Assembly (NCBI GenBank): GCA_000934665.2
Contig: KZ538011.1
Span: 62,001 to 126,000 of the forward strand
Direction: 5' to 3'
DNA length: 64,000 nucleotides
Source of the DNA: Catajapyx aquilonaris
Taxonomy: Eukaryota
Shown here one piece after another: positions 40,001-53,400 of this stretch (within the stretch, counting starts at the first letter, position 1; each line of letters starts with the position of its first letter). The notes beneath the pieces are model-generated. The model was not told where the DNA came from and ran no database searches. It saw only the letters and a program-made list of their open reading frames with translations. Both the position numbers and the translations under genes were made by a program.

Positions 40001-43000
40001 TTGAAGTGCCCCCCCTTATATTACGGGCCATTTGGTTCGATGCGGATGTGGCAACTGCAAAATATATTTGGTGATAAAGTTGACATTTGTGGATTTACGT
40101 CGTTTGTACGTTACTCGCATTACATTCCTGTAAATAAGTATACAATTGAAAAAAAGCTGACTCAGCTTGCTTAGATAAAGTCACTCATTCGTTCCTGAGA
40201 GTGCTTAATGCACCATTTTATTAAAGTTTAAAATACTATAGGCGCTTAACCTGAACATGACTCTCCGAGGGTACATTTTGGCCTGGATTTTCAGCCTTTT
40301 CCACGCCTTGAATATTGTTGCAGCCTAGTGCAAGTAAAAATCAATTTGTGCATTTTTAATACACACGCCTAGCCTCTTTCGTGCCTTACTTAAAAAGTGC
40401 GAGGGGGACATGGACCTGCGGACTGCCCATGACTCATCTGATCCATTAAAAAATACACGTCCAACCTCTTTAGCACTGTCCCCCCCTAAAAATATTGCGC
40501 GATTCTGCTGTTGGAAAGTGCATACCGGCGTCTCGTTCCGCGCATTAGAAAAATACACGGTCTGCATTTTTTTTGGCGCCTTAAAACCTGCTCCAGGGAC
40601 TCATTGTTGTCAATTTTTATATAAAAAACGCACAACCTCCTCTCCTTGACGCCTTCAGAAAAAAAAATTGCGGGACGTTGCTCTCTCTTTCGAGAGACGT
40701 TTGAATGGCGCACCGGACTGAATAGAGTCGCCTATTGAAAGAAAGAAAAAAGTATCGACAAGGCGGATTTTTTTTTTCTCTCCTCTTTCCTAGTTGGGAA
40801 TAGGAGTCTGCTCCGCCCGAGTGCCGCCAACGCTGACGGCGGAAAATTTTTGGTCGTACCCGTCGGCAGTGTGAGCCCAATGATTTCTCATCATTGGCAA
40901 AAAGGACACCTCCAAGGACGAATTGGAGATGAACCGGTTTTATTTCTAGTTATAACAATGGTATAGAACCTAGAGAGAAAAAGCGAATCGCAATATTGTG
41001 TGTGGAATCAGAAAAACATGGGCTTGAATGTTTTGCAATATTTTGAGTTGCCGCAAACCACTGTGAAATCTTGTTTTTTTTTGCAATTCACTTCAGGACC
41101 AACTGCGCAATTTGTATTACCGGTACTTTTAAACTTTCGTGAAATGTGCAACTGTGGCCTCTACCCAACCTTTCAAATCATTTTATTAAAAAATTTGCGC
41201 AGTTTTCACTCTACTTTTGGCAACAAAAAGAGAAGGAAAATTGCACACTTTCAGTGTGAATTCAAAATTTCGCTGCAGCATTAGTTTGCACGGTTCCCAG
41301 TCCAGAGCAAATGGGCATATACTGCAGGATCTGCCTCTCCCTCCAGCTGCATCCCTTTCCCAAAATTGCAAGATTAGCCTACTTAAGAGCGGGAGAGAGA
41401 CATCTCCCAGCAGTAGCATCAGCAACAGGAATAAAAGCTAATGGGCCTACTGCTCGTACCTCCTAGGTAAACTGATGGCGAAGCAACGAGTGGCTTTAGA
41501 GTGCCTCTCGTATCATGCCTCGGCTTCCAGTGACGACACCGAGCGACTCAACCAAGAAGAGATCTCTACCTGCACATCCTACAATCTCTTCAGGTAACGC
41601 TCTTCACTCACTATAAGCCATAGGGACTGGCGTAATATTGAACACGGCTTGTTGGTGCTAGGTTAGGTCACTAATTGGCCACTTGGGTTGACTCCCAGGA
41701 ATGTTATCGGTCGCACTTGGCTGGCTCCAAAATCGGAGTCAAGTGGGCTGTTTTGAAGAGGAACTATCGGTTACGAATTTTCCGTGATCAATCTCAGGCA
41801 TATCGATTCCTCTCCTGCGGGTTAGACTATGAAAAAAAACGAGGTTTATGTACCACGATCGAGCCATTGGATCTCTCCTCCCTGCAGACGACTTTCAGAA
41901 AGTGAACGAGAGAATAAAGTTTTTGCAGGAGTGCCGGCANGGGGGGAAGGGTATTGATTCCAACTTGTATTAATTCAGGTTGCAGGGAGGCTCTCGGGGA
42001 ACAATCTGAGAGGATTCTGCAGCATTTGCAAAGTGGGGGCCGTAAAACGGAACTGCACCTGGCCCCCCCAAGTTTTACTGGAATGGTTGGGGAAGGCTTT
42101 ATTGTTGGCGGAGGAGCGGCTAATTATTATTGCGGCGCTGACAGTTTCTTATCGCGTTTCCATGCTAGATGTGCCCTGCAAGTGACAGTATTGTGTCTAT
42201 CTCCATTCCAGCTACCAATTCAACGACGTCGACCTGTCGGACATCGACACGTGCAAGGCCACCATCCGGATGTTCTTGGATCTGGACCTCCTGAGCACGT
42301 TTCGCATTCCTTACGAGGTCAGCATCTATCCTTCGTCGGAACCCGATCCTAATCCTGGAACTGGGTCGGTCGTGCTTGGAGCTCGTGATCCGCTTTGGCT
42401 TCCTTGTTAATTGGTTGTCGTTTGTCCAGGTCCTTTGCCGGTGGATCCTGAGCGTGAAGAAGAACTACCGTCCGGTCAAGTACCACAACTGGCGGCACGC
42501 GTTCAACGTGGCCCAGACCATGTTCGCCGTCCTGAAAACTGGCAAGATGGAGCGGTTCATGGACGACCAGGACGTAAGCAACCGTCTCTAATTACGTTAG
42601 CGACACAAGCTTTGCAAGGGAACACTTCCTCGGCACAAACGAGTTTTGCTCCGCTCCGATGCTGATTAAAACGCCCTTCTTGCTCGCAGATCCTGGGTCT
42701 CCTGGTGGCGTGTCTGTCTCACGATCTGGACCACAGAGGCACCAACAATGCCTTCCAGACCAAGACGGACTCTCCTCTGGCCGTTCTCTACTCCACCAGC
42801 ACCATGGAGCACCATCACTTCGACCAGTGCGTCATGATCCTCAGCAGTGAAGGCAACAACATATTCCAGGTGAGCCTGCTGTGCCTCTCTGACACATTTT
42901 GTGGATTGTCAACCCAATAAAAATGCGATTGAATATTTCAAATGCAGAAAGTAATACGCGTATGACCTTTTCTCATTTCCTTAGGCTCTGTCACCGGAGG

Positions 43001-46000
43001 AATACCGGCGAGTGATGAAAATAGTGGAGAAAGCTATCCTGTCCACCGATCTGGCCATGTACTTTAAGAAGAAGAGCAGATTTATAGACCTGGTCGAAGA
43101 CGGAGAGATAGCCTGGCAAGGAGACGAGAAGAAGGAGCGTAAGTGACACACCAATGATGTTTATTATTTCCACCTCTTGCTCCTTTCCATGGGTTATATT
43201 ATTATTCTGATGGTGGTTTTCCACTGTTCCGACGGGCGGCAGTACTCTGTGGCATGATGATGACAGCCTGCGACGTCAGCGCCATTTCCAAGCCATGGGA
43301 GATCCAACATAAGGTGGCCAAACTGGTGGCTGACGAGTTCTTCGATCAGGGCGACCTGGAAAAGCTCCAACTCAACCAGCAGCCTGTCGTGAGCATCATT
43401 TTTTACATAACTCATCAAAAATAACCCTTCTGTATAATAAAACTGGCCACCGAAATATTTATTGATTGTGCCAGCTTTTGTATGGCCCGGACACACACAA
43501 AAAATAGGGGTTGGCGTGATCAGTGGGTATCATCTTGTGCTTGGGGTTTAATCCATTTACCTTTGTTGAAATATTCTCCAGGCCATGATGGATCGGGAGA
43601 GGAAGGATGAACTGCCTCAAATGCAGGTCGGATTCATCGATTTGATATGCCTGCCTTTGTACAAGGTAAGCACTTTGAGGATGCGGGGCTCGTTATTTCA
43701 AGGAGTAAACCGGAGTAAACACTCGGGGATGTACTGTTCGCCTGAGTGATTACCTCCTTTGGTGTCAGATTAAAGCTGGATACACAACAGGCTACATTTT
43801 AAGATAACATGAGAACCATATGTTTTCAGACACTCTCCGAGACATTCCCTTGGATTCAGCCCCTCTATGACGGCACCATGAACAACCGGCAGCATTGGCA
43901 AGACCTGGCCGAGAAGGTGGAAATGGGTCTCACCTGGATAGACCACGACACCATCGAAAAACCGGTGGAGGAGTTTACGAGTACGTGTGTTTTGCAAGCC
44001 AGGGTTTTAGCACCGAGCTCAGCGCTTTTTTTGTGTGGGGGGGTTTGTATTCGTGTCGTGAAGTTTAAGCCCACCCAAGCTTTGTGTAAATGAGCACAGT
44101 GTACACTACGTCTTGCACAGAGGCAGCCCCTGGAGCTTGGGGTAACTTTCGGAGCAGTCAACAACTGCTGGCCGCAAATTGTGGTGCTGCTTTGTCTCGG
44201 ACCGTGGCTCATTTCATACTACAGCAAGTTGTGGAAATATACAAAGTAGTTGGCTGTATACGCACATTCTGCACCATCATAATGAGTTTTAGAAACCACA
44301 AAAGAGCGGGGAGGTTGGGAAAGGGGAACAAGAGACATTATTTGGCAACTGCGGTGTAGTTGACCATACTTTCGTAGCTGACAGATTTTTGAGACCTGTT
44401 TACAAACAATCCCTTGACTTGTTATGCAGGTTTAAAATAGTCAGATGATAAACAAGCATGTCCTGTCACGCCGCCAAAGTTAACGAGTTGTTTGCAGAGT
44501 TGCTCGCAGGGATGAACATCATTCACCACAAAGTCTCCTTCACGATGGAAAAATGAGCTACAGATGGCCTGTATTGTAACTCATGTCCCGACTTGAGAAG
44601 AATTTTGTGCATAACGTACTGTCTCCAAGCCGGAACATTTGTTTGCTGTTATGTTTTGAAGTTGCAGAGGGTCATAAAGGTGACAAATTCCTGTAAGTCT
44701 GAACATGAAATTACTGTGCAGACGACCATTTGCTGCTTTTTCAAACATTCTAATGAGAACCACCGTGTAAATCATGTTAATTTAATTTGAAAACAAACCT
44801 CGACAAGCTTTGAAGTCAAAAGAGCTCACTCTCATTATTTAACTGTCGTAACACTTTTCTGTGAACACAGTGTGGTTAATGAGTTAATTTTGCAATTACA
44901 GTACGAGACCTACGCGATTATGAAAGGGGACTTTTCATGCTGCCTGTACTTGGGCAGAACTTTATATGCTAATTATTTAGTTACAGGTCGAAGTTTCATA
45001 ATGGCTCGTTGTAAATTATAAATGAGGATAATCCCCTGCATAAAAGCTCAGAAGATATTAAAGCAAACGTATCTCTCTTACTTTCCAGCCCATTCCGAGC
45101 CCAAAGATATCGAGTTCACCGTCACCACACTCAACTGTGTTCACGAACTTGAGCGTCAGGTGAGTTGAATATTAAATCACCGGGGCCAGTAATTAATTAT
45201 GATCCTGAAAGTATAAGGCCGCCTTTGTTGAAAAGTTAGTTGCTTTTTAACGAGTTGGAGCAGCAGTATCATGAAAAGCGGGTCTTCACAATCCGGCACA
45301 CTCTCCCAGGGTTCTGAGTAGGTTAGAAATTTTTCAGCCAATTTGTGCCGGAAGTTTCCGAGAGGCAAACAGCTTTAAATAATTTGTACGCACTGTGCGC
45401 AAGGATTAAAGAGGATATTAAAATTTAATTCGAACTGTGAAGCCTGGCAGCTGAACATTAGTGCTCACAGGATCAAGTCCATGGTATATTAATTGTTTGA
45501 AGTTATTTCAGATGTTATGCAATTGTCCATTATCGGATTATGGACTTGGGCTGTGTACCACCCTGTCAATTTGAGCTATGAATCAAAGCATAATTTACTT
45601 TTTCGCTTTAGAAAGGGCAAGCAGGAATAAGAAATAAAAGCATGATGCCAGTGGGAAATCTCCTTCCAATCACAAATCTGATTGGCATCCTGCTTCCATT
45701 CTTTTTCGCTCTGTCAAAACAACCTTTACTTGCCCTTGACATAACTTTGCTCCACGCTATTGAAAGTGAAGATTACATCATCGCTCGACAAAACTGTTTT
45801 GAGCATTTCACACATTAATTTCCCAACAGTTAAGCTTGTGTTTGCAGAGTACGTACAGTCACATTATGGGGTTTCCATCACCACCAGAAGGAGATGGCAA
45901 TGAAGCAGCAGTCTCGACCTATATGGCACATGTGCAGCGTGTTGGGTCGACACAACCTGAAGAAAGGTGCAGGCAGGGTGAAGCTTCAGAACGCCCTGAA

Positions 46001-46109
46001 CTCCGGGAAAGGTCGAAGCAGAAGCAACAGCAGCACGGCCAGTGTGTCCAGTCAATCAAAACCGTCAGGATTGCCCAAGCCCAAGAGCAAGCTGTGCACC
46101 GTCTCGTAG
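12562..46109 (+). CDS. Pde6: Dual-GAF cGMP-specific 3',5'-cyclic phosphodiesterase (arthropod Pde6; PDE5/6/11 family), about 983 aa, 20 coding exons
   Basis: Frame-consistent GT-AG exons: 12562-13054, 15169-15287, 25390-25548, 30458-30547, 30883-31026, 38552-38629, 38977-39015, 39081-39212, 39276-39485, 39819-39921, 41467-41593, 42212-42317, 42430-42573, 42690-42869, 42985-43138, 43243-43388, 43582-43665, 43830-43980, 45089-45159, 45888-46109. GAF motifs: [39 protein letters not shown]. Catalytic motifs: [42 protein letters not shown]-terminal KSKLCTVS CaaX. The start codon is uncertain because the frame is open from the acceptor at 12466. Confidence 0.92.
34803..35750. mobile_element. MITE / non-autonomous TIR element inside the transposase intron
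   Basis: About 250-bp imperfect inverted arms, 34803-35055 versus 35492-35743 (tgccgtaacac..gtggtcaagacccaatcaacatatac..agtagaaggcgtctatgga and its reverse complement). The right end reads TAGGGGGTGCC on the minus strand, which resembles an hAT terminus. No ORF. Confidence 0.75.
35137..35437 (-). mobile_element. 5'-truncated non-LTR retroposon or SINE fragment with (ATT)n tail
   Basis: A roughly 270-bp GC-richer segment ends on the minus strand with AATAAA, a small stem-loop and an (ATT)n tail, seen as (AAT)n at about 35136-35170. It is flanked by the direct repeat ATATTATATA at 35127-35136 and 35438-35447. Confidence 0.65.
38552..39921 (+). CDS. Pde6: Pde6 exons 6-10 (GAF-B)
   Basis: Five short GT-AG exons, including a 39-nt exon at 38977-39015, giving ...[15 protein letters not shown]...[51 protein letters not shown]. 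Confidence 0.85.
41467..43980 (+). CDS. Pde6: Pde6 exons 11-18 (PDEase I catalytic domain)
   Basis: [52 protein letters not shown] and QMQVGFID occur across frame-consistent exons. Confidence 0.95.
45888..46109 (+). CDS. Pde6: Pde6 terminal coding exon with CaaX box (CTVS)
   Basis: A phase-0 AG at 45886-45887 puts KEMAMKQ...[11 protein letters not shown] in frame. A basic patch followed by CaaX resembles the fly Pde6 C-terminus. Confidence 0.7.
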   Translation, partial: KEMAMKQQSRPIWHMCSVLGRHNLKKGAGRVKLQNALNSGKGRSRSNSSTASVSSQSKPSGLPKPKSKLCTVS

Positions 46110-49100
46110 TGAAGGTGGCCATCATTTCGTTTTCGAAAAAAACAAAAGTTCGAACAAAATTTTTCTTTCGCGTTTTTAAAATTCGGCCTACCTAGTTTCG
46201 TTTCGGACCGGTATTTGCTGTAACCTGATTAATCGCGGCAACGGAAGTTAAGTCATAAAATAATGAAAATGCGACTCTCATGTTACGTTGCAGGATTCAA
46301 AACATTCATGACATTTTGCGACCAAATTAGCCAAGAATTATAATGAAACAATTTTTGAGCCAAATTTAAGCCACATCTTTGGGATTCCAGGTTCTTTCAT
46401 ATGAATAAATACTAGAGCTAATTTTTATAGACCAAACACACAAATTGGTTCAAAAAGTGTTCACAGTTTTAAATGCTAATTTTTCTAAAATTAATTAAAT
46501 ATTTTGTCCATAATGTCGCATTTTAGCTGTTACATAATAACTCGAAGTTGTAATCATTACCGCAATAAGAGATCGCATCATGCTTGGCCAAGTCGGAAAA
46601 ATTAGCTATTTGGCAAGCCCATTGTGCGTGCCTAAAAAGTCGGGAATCCTGCAATTACAGGTCGTATAAACGGAACTTTTTGGCTTCTCCAGTCGCAATA
46701 ATGTGAAAAAAACATTCTTCTCCCATCAAAAGCTGCCAACTATTCCTATGCAGAAGTATCAGTGCAAAAAAATTCCGACTGAGCAGTGTCACACATTTTG
46801 TTGTTAATTTGGTCCTCCGCGACTCAAGCATTTCCCCCCCAATCTCCCCGCGACTATTTTCTAGTGCAAAAGCAACATCGTTGGACTTTACAATTCTTGT
46901 CTTTGAAAAAGACTATTTTTCAATTAAAGAGAAAGAAAAAATAATAATAATCGACCTGTCTTACTGCAATCGACCCAATCAATTTTTACTCTTCCGTGAA
47001 GACAACAATCAACCAGCTGAACGGGAGGACGACAAGACCACAACGTGTATAGAGAGAGAGAGAAAAAAAACCCTTTTACAGAGATTATTTTCGTCACTTT
47101 GACTCATCTTGCGCTTCCATTTGAAAAAAAGAGAGTTATAAAGTGAAGAGGTCCTGCGTGTTTGTGCGCGTGAATGTAAACAACTTTCAGGCGTGACTTT
47201 TCTGATCCTTTTACACACTTGACTGATTCTGAGCGTGTGCTAATGAACTGCCGAGGGGTGAAAAAGATAAGCCTGACATTTTTTTAGTCGCCTGAGTGAT
47301 AAATTTCCATGCATGTAGAGAATACTGCATTGCGACAAGTGCAATGCAGATGGACCTGTGTACAGTTCCCAATTATTTTTTTTGTGTGTGTGTGACTCCA
47401 TTGTTTTGTGGGGAAACAATGCATTGTAAAAGTATGGATTTTAGTCCAGGGTCAAAGTTGACATAAATGGTTGTGTCGTTCGGTGTTGTTAACATGTTTC
47501 CAGTCAATGAGACAAAACTTTTTGGGAGTATTTAGGTCGAAAAGTTTAAGAAGTATATACAGTATAGGCTCTGTTGGCGATTGTATAATTTTGAACACCG
47601 CTTGTATTGTGTACGAGCGTTGGAAAAAAATAATAGGTTATTTATAACGTACTACAATGTTATTGCAAAAAAAAAAAATATTATGGCCTACAGTACAATA
47701 AATGCAGTATTATTTCAACACGGTTGCATTGTTACTCTTTATACCTTGTACAAACCAAAGTTAAGTTACAGAACATAAGAGAACATAATAAACCCTGCCA
47801 TTATTCCCATGTAGCTTAACTTAAGTGAAGTTTTTTCCCAGTGTACTAAATCCCGGATAAAATCGCCTCCCTCCACACACTTTCGTTAAAGCGGCGATCC
47901 AGCTCAAGCTGACGGGTATAAGCCTCTCTGCCCTATGGGTGTTATTGCCTCCGAAATAAATTGTGAAGCCCGTGAGACAGTTATTGTTCCTGAAGGGTGT
48001 GCATGCTGGATTCCGGAGAACGAAAGAAGAAAATCAAAGTGTCACATTTATAACATGAGGTACAAGATTTATTTTTCTCTACAGGTTTGCATGAAAATAC
48101 AGATATCCACATTACGTGAGCTCAGAACCGTGAGAGAATTATTGAAGAAAGAGATCGGAGGACACGAATAAAATGTGTGTGTTTAAAAGAGCAGTATGTA
48201 GTTATAGGCAATGGAAACTGTTCTGCAGTGACGGTTCTGAGACACACAGTGAAGACGTACTAAATGCTGTTTAATAATAATTGGAAATAAATTATCAAAT
48301 TTTCTATACATCTACAATTAAGTATTATGGACGATTTTGAAAATACAGTATATGATTTTTTTTTCAGTCAAAGCAAACATCTGTGTGCAAATGTGTTGGG
48401 TGATTTCGTGTACAGTACAGCTGCCTCTATGGCATCTAATTACATTCACATCTGATCCTAACGTTTCTTTCCTGCCAGAAACCGCAAACGTCAATCCGAT
48501 GAAACTTATTCCTATTAATTAAACATATTTACTCAACTGAGGTAGATATCGAGTTATCCCCCTTCTTTACAAAAATAAGACAAAATATAAATGCGCCTAC
48601 GCTTTTTAAAAATGTAACGGTTTTAGGTGTATTTTCAGAAGCGTCTAGTGCAAAAAAAAAACTTTGCTGAATAATTGAATCAAATTAAATAATTATCAAC
48701 GTCTGTGCATGTTATGAACACAATGTGATATTAATGCAGTCTTTTGTTACATGATATTGGGGAAGAATAAATAACAGCGTGCTTCCGAACCGGTCTTCTC
48801 TCCCTAAACCTGTTCACTTGCTGCTAACATCAAGCAGGGACTATTCCAATAGCTAAAATCAGAGATGCTGAAAGTACCTGTACAGTTACTTCCTCGACTC
48901 ACAATTTGCCTCGGCCTTGAATTACCAAGTCTCGAAGCAATTATTTGTCATTTAAAAAAAAAATCTTACATCGCAGCACCACAATTAGTTCACTTGTCTA
49001 GAAGCAAATCAGTCGCAATATTTTTTTAAATCTACAGCTATTGATGCAACAGTGCGATTCTAGATGATACCAACTAGAGTTTTGAAAGTCCTTTTTTTAA

Positions 49101-50485
49101 AAAGGTGAAATTAATTGAGGGATTTGACTACGGCTATTGGAAATACCATACTGGCAAAAATAGTCTCGCATTAAAAGTGGGCCCACGAGCACCCAATTAT
49201 CGCTTTTTTCCGTGTTTATGGTTAAAATTGAAAAGTTGATCGAGTCCTGTCCAGGACTGACTTTACGATTCATTATTGTCTTTGGCTAGAGAAGTGCACA
49301 TGAGATTATTGTCTCATATCACAATAGGTTATAACCACCATTATTATTCTTGGTATTGTTTTATACACGACACAAAAATGGGATGGTAAGGAAGGAAACT
49401 GTCTGTTTTTTTTGAAAGGTTAACAACATGCGCACTGACATGGTAAGTATGGGGAAATAATGGGGTTTGGCAAAAGTCATTGTACATATTTTTTTTAACG
49501 CTGCACCCAAATATTTTTGGTTCAGCCCTTTTCAGATACGAATAAATACACACACACAACCACTCGTGCAACAAAGTCTCCTAAATGAAAAATACACATA
49601 GGTAGAGATGAAGGGTATACGTTTTGACAGTCATTCTCACACACAGCCTAGGTCGTAACAATAATATTATTTTGAACTGAATCAACAGTGGAGCTTTCAT
49701 GCACACACCACAAGCAGTATGTTCAGGGTCACAACAAACCAGCACAGCCTGGAATATGAGGGGCTTTTTATAGCACAATCCGCTCGCATATTCCAGCCAA
49801 TCAACTCTGTGAAAGACCCGTGGGACTGAGTCGGCTGCTTGCCGCGCCTTAACACATATGATACATATTTCATACACACACTCACGCACTCGCCCAAACG
49901 CACGCTCGTGCCTCTCGCAAACTCTGCGTCAATCATGTACAGTGATGGTAACTTCCATTAGATGTGATAATAGCCTTTAAAACCTGATTATGTAACACTT
50001 ACTATTACCTCCACCTTCCTTGTCATAAATAGTAATATAAACCCTTTCTAAACACGGTGTGTCATTATTGTCATTAGGCTGTACTCTGGCTCTTTTTTTT
50101 GTAAAGTACATTAAGATCAGGGCGATTTCACTTCTGTATCCAGCAGCTTTCCTCGGATTTGGTCAAGTACAGCTAATACTGTATCACTGCAACAATGTTT
50201 TCTAATAACTTTTTTTTGTCCCCTTCTGTCAGGGCCACGATCCAAGCAAAGCTGGCAGGATCCAGGTGGAACAAAAAAAAAGTGAAATCCCTGCCAGATG
50301 TTTTCGTCGCAATTAATATCTAAGGTAAAACTGAGCGACTACGACATACAGTTTGGTGGGGAGGCAATTGGCACTTTTCAAATCACTATCGATAGTTATT
50401 ACTAGACATTGTGACAATCGGGCTAACATCGCAAGCGTAATGTCAACAGTTCATTCAATCGTGCTTTTTTTCCATGTATATTGTT

Positions 50486-53400
50486 TTAGAAATCGCTGGG
50501 GCACTCCAGTGGATTGAAGTCTCCAAAAACGTTGAGTTCGTACATGCTGGCGAAGGCCATGAAGATGAGATACCAGAGCATGAGGATGACGCCGTATTTT
50601 CTGTCCAGCTTCCATCCGTTCATGTGGGTGGCTATGAGGAGGAAGGCCACGGTTGACAGAAGCGAGAAGGTTGAGTACACCAGACCTGAACGCACAAAAA
50701 GGAAAAAAAAAATATTAATGGTGGCTCACTTTTTCTGTTTGTTCAAAGGCGCATGTATATACTGTAAGCAAATTGTTAAAAAAGAATGAAGCAGAACATA
50801 AGTGCTTGACAAGTACTTGTTGGGACTTGACACTGTACTGTACCTTTGCTTATCACATTGACACTGCTGCCTGGGTCGGTGATGACCGTTCGGAGGAACC
50901 ATGGTAGGCCGAGGCACACGAGGATGTCGAAGACGTTGCTTCCGACAGCGTTGGACACGGCCATGTCCCCGTAGCCCTCCTTCACCACTGCTAAGCTGGT
51001 TAGTGCATCCGGGACGCTCACTCCCGCCGCCACGAACGTCAGTCCCATCATGGTGTCAGGGAAACCCAGAGAGAAACCTGCAACAACACACAATCATGAG
51101 TTTCCATGTTGATCCAGTCACCGCACTGAAACCTACCAATGATGGTGATCATCCAGACCATGATGTACGAGAAGAGCGAGATCCAGACGAGGGACATGAT
51201 GAAGGTGGCCACGTACCAGCTTCTCCACCTCTCTTGCCTGCAATCCGGCACAGTGTAGGTGGAAGAGGCCACCAGTGGCAGCAGCAGGGCCCACACCACC
51301 CTCTTTCGCATGTCCTCTGGAACCTGGAAGATGTCCTCCTGCTCAGGAGGCGGCTTGGATGTCTTTGGCTGCTGCTGTTGCTGGGTCGCAGGAGGAGGAG
51401 GTCTCTCCGGAGGACCTGTCTCGTTGACATTCGCGGCTGAAAGGCGGCAGCAGATTTAGATAAGAGACCGCATCGGCCGGGGTGGACTCACCCAGCAAGA
51501 AGGTGATGGTGACTCACGTGTGACTCCGTCATGTTCCGTCTTCTCCGCTGTGTACATGACCGGGTTGGGCTGCTGCTGCTGCTGGGAGCCTTCCTCGTCG
51601 TCCAGGTGCTTGTAAGACACCAGGGCAGAGTCCTCTCCGTCTTGGGGACGCTTGCAGGGCACAGGGAGGGTCTGGGCCCAGGCCTCCAGCTTGGCGTTGA
51701 AGCACATCATCACGCAGTACAACACGTAGAACAGCAGGAGGATTATGGACTCGTACCTGACAAAAGGAAATTGTCAAACTGTGTTTTAAAACGCCAGTAA
51801 CTTGCTCTGAATAAGAGCAGTTCAAAATTTAGAGCTCCGATATCCGTTTTGATTTATTTCAAATTGGGCGAATAATCCCATGATGTAAGTTCGCTTGACC
51901 ATCAGAACATCCACCATGCATCATTCACCGCAATAAGCTCAGGAATCGCCAGAATTGAGCGAAGAGTATATGACTGTGGGGAGGCGGAAAAATTGTCCTG
52001 GCATATCGATAGGCAGGTCCGATTTCTTTTTAAAATTTCGACAGATGAAGACTGGCAGGTGTATGCATTGGCTAGGTCATCCTCTACCTCACTTTTGGGA
52101 GCATTGTTAGTCATGTCCAACTAGCTGACTCGGAGGCAAAAAAAAGTGCGCCCAAAATTATACTGTACTACTAACAGCCATCCTTCATCCTGACTCTGAA
52201 GAGCCACCCACCAGTCACCGGTGTGCAAATGAAAGTCTGCCTTCCAGGATAAAAGAACAGTAAGGCAACTTGAAGGGATTTTCGGAGGAACATACTCCAT
52301 AAGTTTCATAGCACCCGAGAATGTGGCCCAGGTTTGTTAGAGTGCTCAAGAAAATTGTTTCGCAGCATAGGTCAGGGCAATATCGAAGTAACACGGGAAA
52401 TACTCTCACTGGACAGCCACCATTACTGTACAATTTCTGCTTGTCACCTAACAAGAGGCACCTCTGGGGATGTTGGTACAGTGCTTGCTTGACAAATCAT
52501 CCCGGTTGGAACTGCCAGACCCACCATTTTCAATCAGTCACACAATAGCCTACATGAGCTTCAAGTTTGCACAAGTGGGACCTGACGTCATTCACGAGAC
52601 TGACAATATTGAAGCGTCGCAAAGTTTGAAAGGGAAGCACTGGAAAGACAGTCCCTTGGGCTGTGGACAGTGCACCGAAGCCTGGATGTTACCACTCACC
52701 ATTCAATCTTCTCATCATAGATGGTGCCTAAGAGCGCCAGGATGCTGATCATGTAGAAGAAGCAATCCCTGACCATTGGCCACCAGTTCAGATAGCAGAC
52801 GCTCCCGGCGAACAGAGCACAGATGCTGATCACAAACATGATGTTAAACACGGCCGACCCGATCACTCCGCTGATGCCAATGTCGTCCTAGAAAATTCAC
52901 ACACACAAAAATTTGACAACACCACCAAAAAAACATGTTCTATTATATTTAAAAAATAGAACAGGCTGGATCTAATTCCGGGCTAGTGCAAACCCACCCA
53001 TGCGACCAATTTGCATGATTCCGATCCCGAATTGATTTGCTAATTGCGGTCTCCATACCCGACGCACACCCAGGTCGCGCTAATAACCCCCCCCCCCTTC
53101 CCACCCACACAAAACCCAATTCAGGATGGGGGTAGGCTTCACAACCAAGCACTTTGCCCAAGTTGGCGCCAGTAATCGATCTGTCTGGCACTTCCCATCT
53201 CGATTAATGATTGATCACCCCTCATCTTCCCTTTCACATCTATATAGATCTCTCATTTCTAAAATGGTTCCAACCTAACCTTCCTAACAGTCAGGTAAGC
53301 CAAACCCTAACCTAAAGTTTGTTCGATCAACCCTTTTGTATTGGTTAACAGCGCGGTGTTGCCTGATTTATTGATTTTCCCTCTTACCTGGTAACCGACT

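Noticed and set aside
50962..50976. GYGDM, the K+ channel signature missing from the Kv-like gene, occurs in the NCKX protein
   Set aside because: It is part of the normal NCKX alpha-2 motif G(L/Y)GDMAVSN, so the match is coincidental.
53270..53316. CCTAA(C) telomere-like units
   Set aside because: Only 3-4 degenerate units; at most a TE remnant.
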